Below the pieces are notes generated by a model that saw nothing but the letters and a program-made list of their open reading frames with translations, did not search any database and was not told where the DNA came from. Shown here piece after piece: positions 61,311-64,000 of a stretch of DNA of 64,000 nucleotides. Origin of the DNA: Tubiluchus corallicola (taxonomy: Eukaryota > Animalia > Priapulida); assembly GCA_030141605.1 (NCBI GenBank), contig JAQGDQ010000347.1, forward strand, positions 66,617-130,616, in the 5' to 3' direction. Position numbers and translations under genes: made by a program. Positions within the stretch are counted from its first letter, which is position 1. Each line of letters starts with the position of its first letter.

Positions 61311-62738
61311 TTAATCTGTGTAAACCTTTATAGTTCGGTACCCAAAAACTGCAATTATAACAAAACAGAACAGGGGTAAAACAAACGATATGCTAACCGC
61401 AGGCTGCGAAAAAATCGTTTCGAAGTCAATGATAGCAGCCTGAATTTTTGGAAGAAACGTTCCCCCGACAATCGCCATAATTAGACCGGCAGCGCCAAAC
61501 TTTGCATCATCGCCCATTCCCCTTAATGCTATACCATAAATGCTGGGGAACATCAATGACATACAGGCAGATATTCCCATAAGGCAATACAGCCCTGTCA
61601 CACCATCAATAAACATAGTTCCGATAGAAAGAATAATACCGCCCACAGATAACACCATCAGCAACAGCCCTGCACTTACATACTTAAGAATAAAAGTGCA
61701 GATAAAACGCGAGGTAAGGAAAAACAGCATAGCCAGTATGTTATAAAGCTGTGCCACATGTGCAGCAGAGCCGGCGCTTAACCCGCTAACAGCTTCACCT
61801 GAACGAATAGCCGAAACAGTCTCTGCGCTCACTAAACCTCTTGCATTCATAAAGCCCAACCAGCCCGACTCAATAGCATCAGCACTGAGCCCCTGCTCCA
61901 TAAATATTCTTTTCCCATACTGAACAATAAATGTCCAGCACATTATCTGGGCCCCTACATAAAAAGCCTGAGTAACAACGCCGTCACGGTATCTTTTAAT
62001 CCTGAACAGGCGCCCCAAAGCTTTAAACAGATCAAGCTTATGTGTCGCCTTTTCATTTTTGGGCATCTTCACAACTGCAATCAATATTAGCATTGCAATA
62101 ATAATAAACCCGATAGATATATATGGAGAGCTCAGTATTTCAAGATCACTTGCCTTAACAGCTTCAAACTCTTCTGGAGACATAAGGCTGCGCTCATGAG
62201 CACCACGCGAATCAAGCCGCGCCTGTATCATAGTAGTAGCAACAAACATCCCTGTTATTGAACCCATGGGGTTAAATGCTTGCGCCAAGTTCAGGCGACG
62301 AGTTGCTGTACTTTCGTCTCCCATAGATAATATATACGGATTGGCACTTGTTTCAAGAAAAGATAGCCCGCAGGTCATAACAAAGTAGGCTATAAGAAAC
62401 GGATAGTACAATCCTACCGAGCTGGCAGGTATAAACATAAGTGCACCTGTAGCGTAAAGCCCCAGGCCTACTAGTATGCCTGCCTTATAGGTAAATCGCT
62501 TTATAAACATGGCCGCTGGGAAAGCCATAGCTCCATACCCTCCGTAAAAGACAACCTGCACCCAGGTACCACCACTTACCCCCATATTAAAAATACGGGA
62601 AAATGCCTCTACCATAGGGTTGGTAATATCATTTGCGAAGCCCCATAAAGCGAAGCAGCTAGTAATAAGGATAAAAGGAATAAGAACTTTTTTCGGAACG
62701 ACTGCGCTGTTACTCATATCTCTCTTGCTCATTTTCAC
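61311..62738 (-). CDS. FucP-family MFS sugar:H+ symporter
   Basis: FALWGFANDITNP, LETSANPY, RRLNLAQAFNP, SLMFPSIY, MAIVGG. Confidence 0.88.
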   Translation of the reverse strand: MKMSKRDMSNSAVVPKKVLIPFILITSCFALWGFANDITNPMVEAFSRIFNMGVSGGTWVQVVFYGGYGAMAFPAAMFIKRFTYKAGILVGLGLYATGALMFIPASSVGLYYPFLIAYFVMTCGLSFLETSANPYILSMGDESTATRRLNLAQAFNPMGSITGMFVATTMIQARLDSRGAHERSLMSPEEFEAVKASDLEILSSPYISIGFIIIAMLILIAVVKMPKNEKATHKLDLFKALGRLFRIKRYRDGVVTQAFYVGAQIMCWTFIVQYGKRIFMEQGLSADAIESGWLGFMNARGLVSAETVSAIRSGEAVSGLSAGSAAHVAQLYNILAMLFFLTSRFICTFILKYVSAGLLLMVLSVGGIILSIGTMFIDGVTGLYCLMGISACMSLMFPSIYGIALRGMGDDAKFGAAGLIMAIVGGTFLPKIQAAIIDFETIFSQPAVSISFVLPLFCFVIIAVFGYRTIKVYTD

Positions 62739-62748
62739 GTTTTAATAA

Positions 62749-63792
62749 TTACGGCTGGTCACCAAAAGAGACCCCCATTCTTCTGGCCTTTGCCAGCAGT
62801 TGATTATCAGGACTTACCCGATTTAACTTCCCTCCAACAACCTCAAGTGGAATAGTTGTGAGAGTACCTCCGTTTATTGCAACCATCTGATTAAAGTTGC
62901 CTTCTGCTATCTGCTCCGCCGCATAAGCCCCGTAGCGCGTGGCCAGGATACGATCCATCGCTGATGGGCTGCCCCCGCGCTGAATATAACCCAGCGTAGT
63001 TTGCCGAGCTTCTATACCTGTATAGTTTTCTATACTCTCTGCGATATAGCGCGCAGCCGGTACCTTCTTATGCGTTTTTATCCCTTCTGCCACTACAACT
63101 ATAGAGTATGGCTTCCCTTTCTCAAAACGACTTTCAATAGTTTTGCACACATTACCTATATGATAATCTATCTCAGGAATTAAAATTATATCGCCTCCCC
63201 CTGCCATCCCCGCATACAGCGCAATCCATCCAGCGTGATGCCCCATAATCTCAATTATCATTGCCCTCCGGTGGGAGTTAGCAGTTGAATGTAAACGATC
63301 TATCGCCTCAGTCGCAATACTTACAGCCGAATCAAAGCCAAATGTTATATCCGTACCATACACATCATTATCAATAGTCTTAGGTATACCGATAAGGTTA
63401 AGCCCCTCCTTTGACAAAAGATTAGCTGTTTTCATTGTCCCGTTGCCTCCTATACAAACCAAACAGTCCAACTCCAGCTCCTCATAATGTTTCTTAATAA
63501 GGGTAGGCTTATCTACAGAAGGCTCTCCCTTTTTTACCTTATAAGGCTTTTCCCGTGAAGTGCCAAGTATGGTGCCTCCCAGAGTAAGAATGCCCGAAAC
63601 CATATTCTCATTAAGATTAATAAACTCCTTATTTATTATCCCACTATAGCCGGCAGTAAAACCAATTACTTCCATGCCATAGTTCACCATTGCAGTCTTT
63701 CCTACTCCGCGTATGGCAGCGTTAAGGCCGGGACAATCACCCCCGGCAGTCAGTAATCCAATACGCTTGACACGTTTACCCTTAGCTATCAT
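62749..63792 (-). CDS. pfkA: 6-phosphofructokinase (PfkA family)
   Basis: GGDCPGLN, GGTILGT, IGGNGT, PKTIDND, EIMGH, LGYIQRGG. Confidence 0.92.
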   Translation of the reverse strand: MIAKGKRVKRIGLLTAGGDCPGLNAAIRGVGKTAMVNYGMEVIGFTAGYSGIINKEFINLNENMVSGILTLGGTILGTSREKPYKVKKGEPSVDKPTLIKKHYEELELDCLVCIGGNGTMKTANLLSKEGLNLIGIPKTIDNDVYGTDITFGFDSAVSIATEAIDRLHSTANSHRRAMIIEIMGHHAGWIALYAGMAGGGDIILIPEIDYHIGNVCKTIESRFEKGKPYSIVVVAEGIKTHKKVPAARYIAESIENYTGIEARQTTLGYIQRGGSPSAMDRILATRYGAYAAEQIAEGNFNQMVAINGGTLTTIPLEVVGGKLNRVSPDNQLLAKARRMGVSFGDQP

Positions 63793-64000
63793 CTTATTAT
63801 AGTTTTAATTATTCCTTACCCGCCTACCACTACAACGGGTAGCCCTTACAATTTTCTAAATCTCTCTTAAAAGGCAACCAAAGTACACATTTTTTGCTTC
63901 CCCATCCACTGAAAAGCAGCGAAAATATTTTATCTATACGATATCACAAATTACCTCTGTGCCAAACAGGCAAGTGCTTACTATTTTATTAATCCCTTTT

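Overview
64-kb chromosomal segment of a Bacteroidota bacterium (Bacteroidales/Marinilabiliales-like, inferred from the SusC/SusD locus, TAnnTTTG promoters and UpxY). Most genes lie on the minus strand. Contents in order: rimP-nusA-infB; a GntR regulator; a MRJP-like lipoprotein; a starch/maltodextrin PUL (SusC-SusD-SusE-GH13); tRNA-Arg(ACG) followed by an accessory patch (outer-membrane protein, GLUG lipoprotein, sulfatase, decayed sulfatase); a ~21.5-kb putative peptidoglycan-salvage supercluster (Fe-S D-lactate dehydrogenase, NamZ, enlarged AmpG, SpoIID/LytB, DUF4922, GT2, cryptic amidase, MurK-like kinase, MurQ, FadR-type regulator) interrupted by an LRR pseudogene with an IS1634 and by an IS256; clpB; an Sqr-DUF1641-TusE-DsrE sulfur operon; class II RNR; waaA; mqnD; arcA; an orphan UpxY; rlmN; yidD-znuACB; a FucP-like MFS transporter; pfkA. 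Features not captured by the ORF track: about 13 degenerate copies of a ~130-bp MITE-like element, one inserted in frame in the GH13 signal peptide; a 141-bp target duplication around the IS1634; a 4 x 85-bp array with four DnaA-box matches upstream of nrdJ; a shared 13-bp operator candidate in the salvage cluster; and an UpxY N-terminus with only an ACG start. All calls come from reading the sequence and recognising motifs; no database searches were run.
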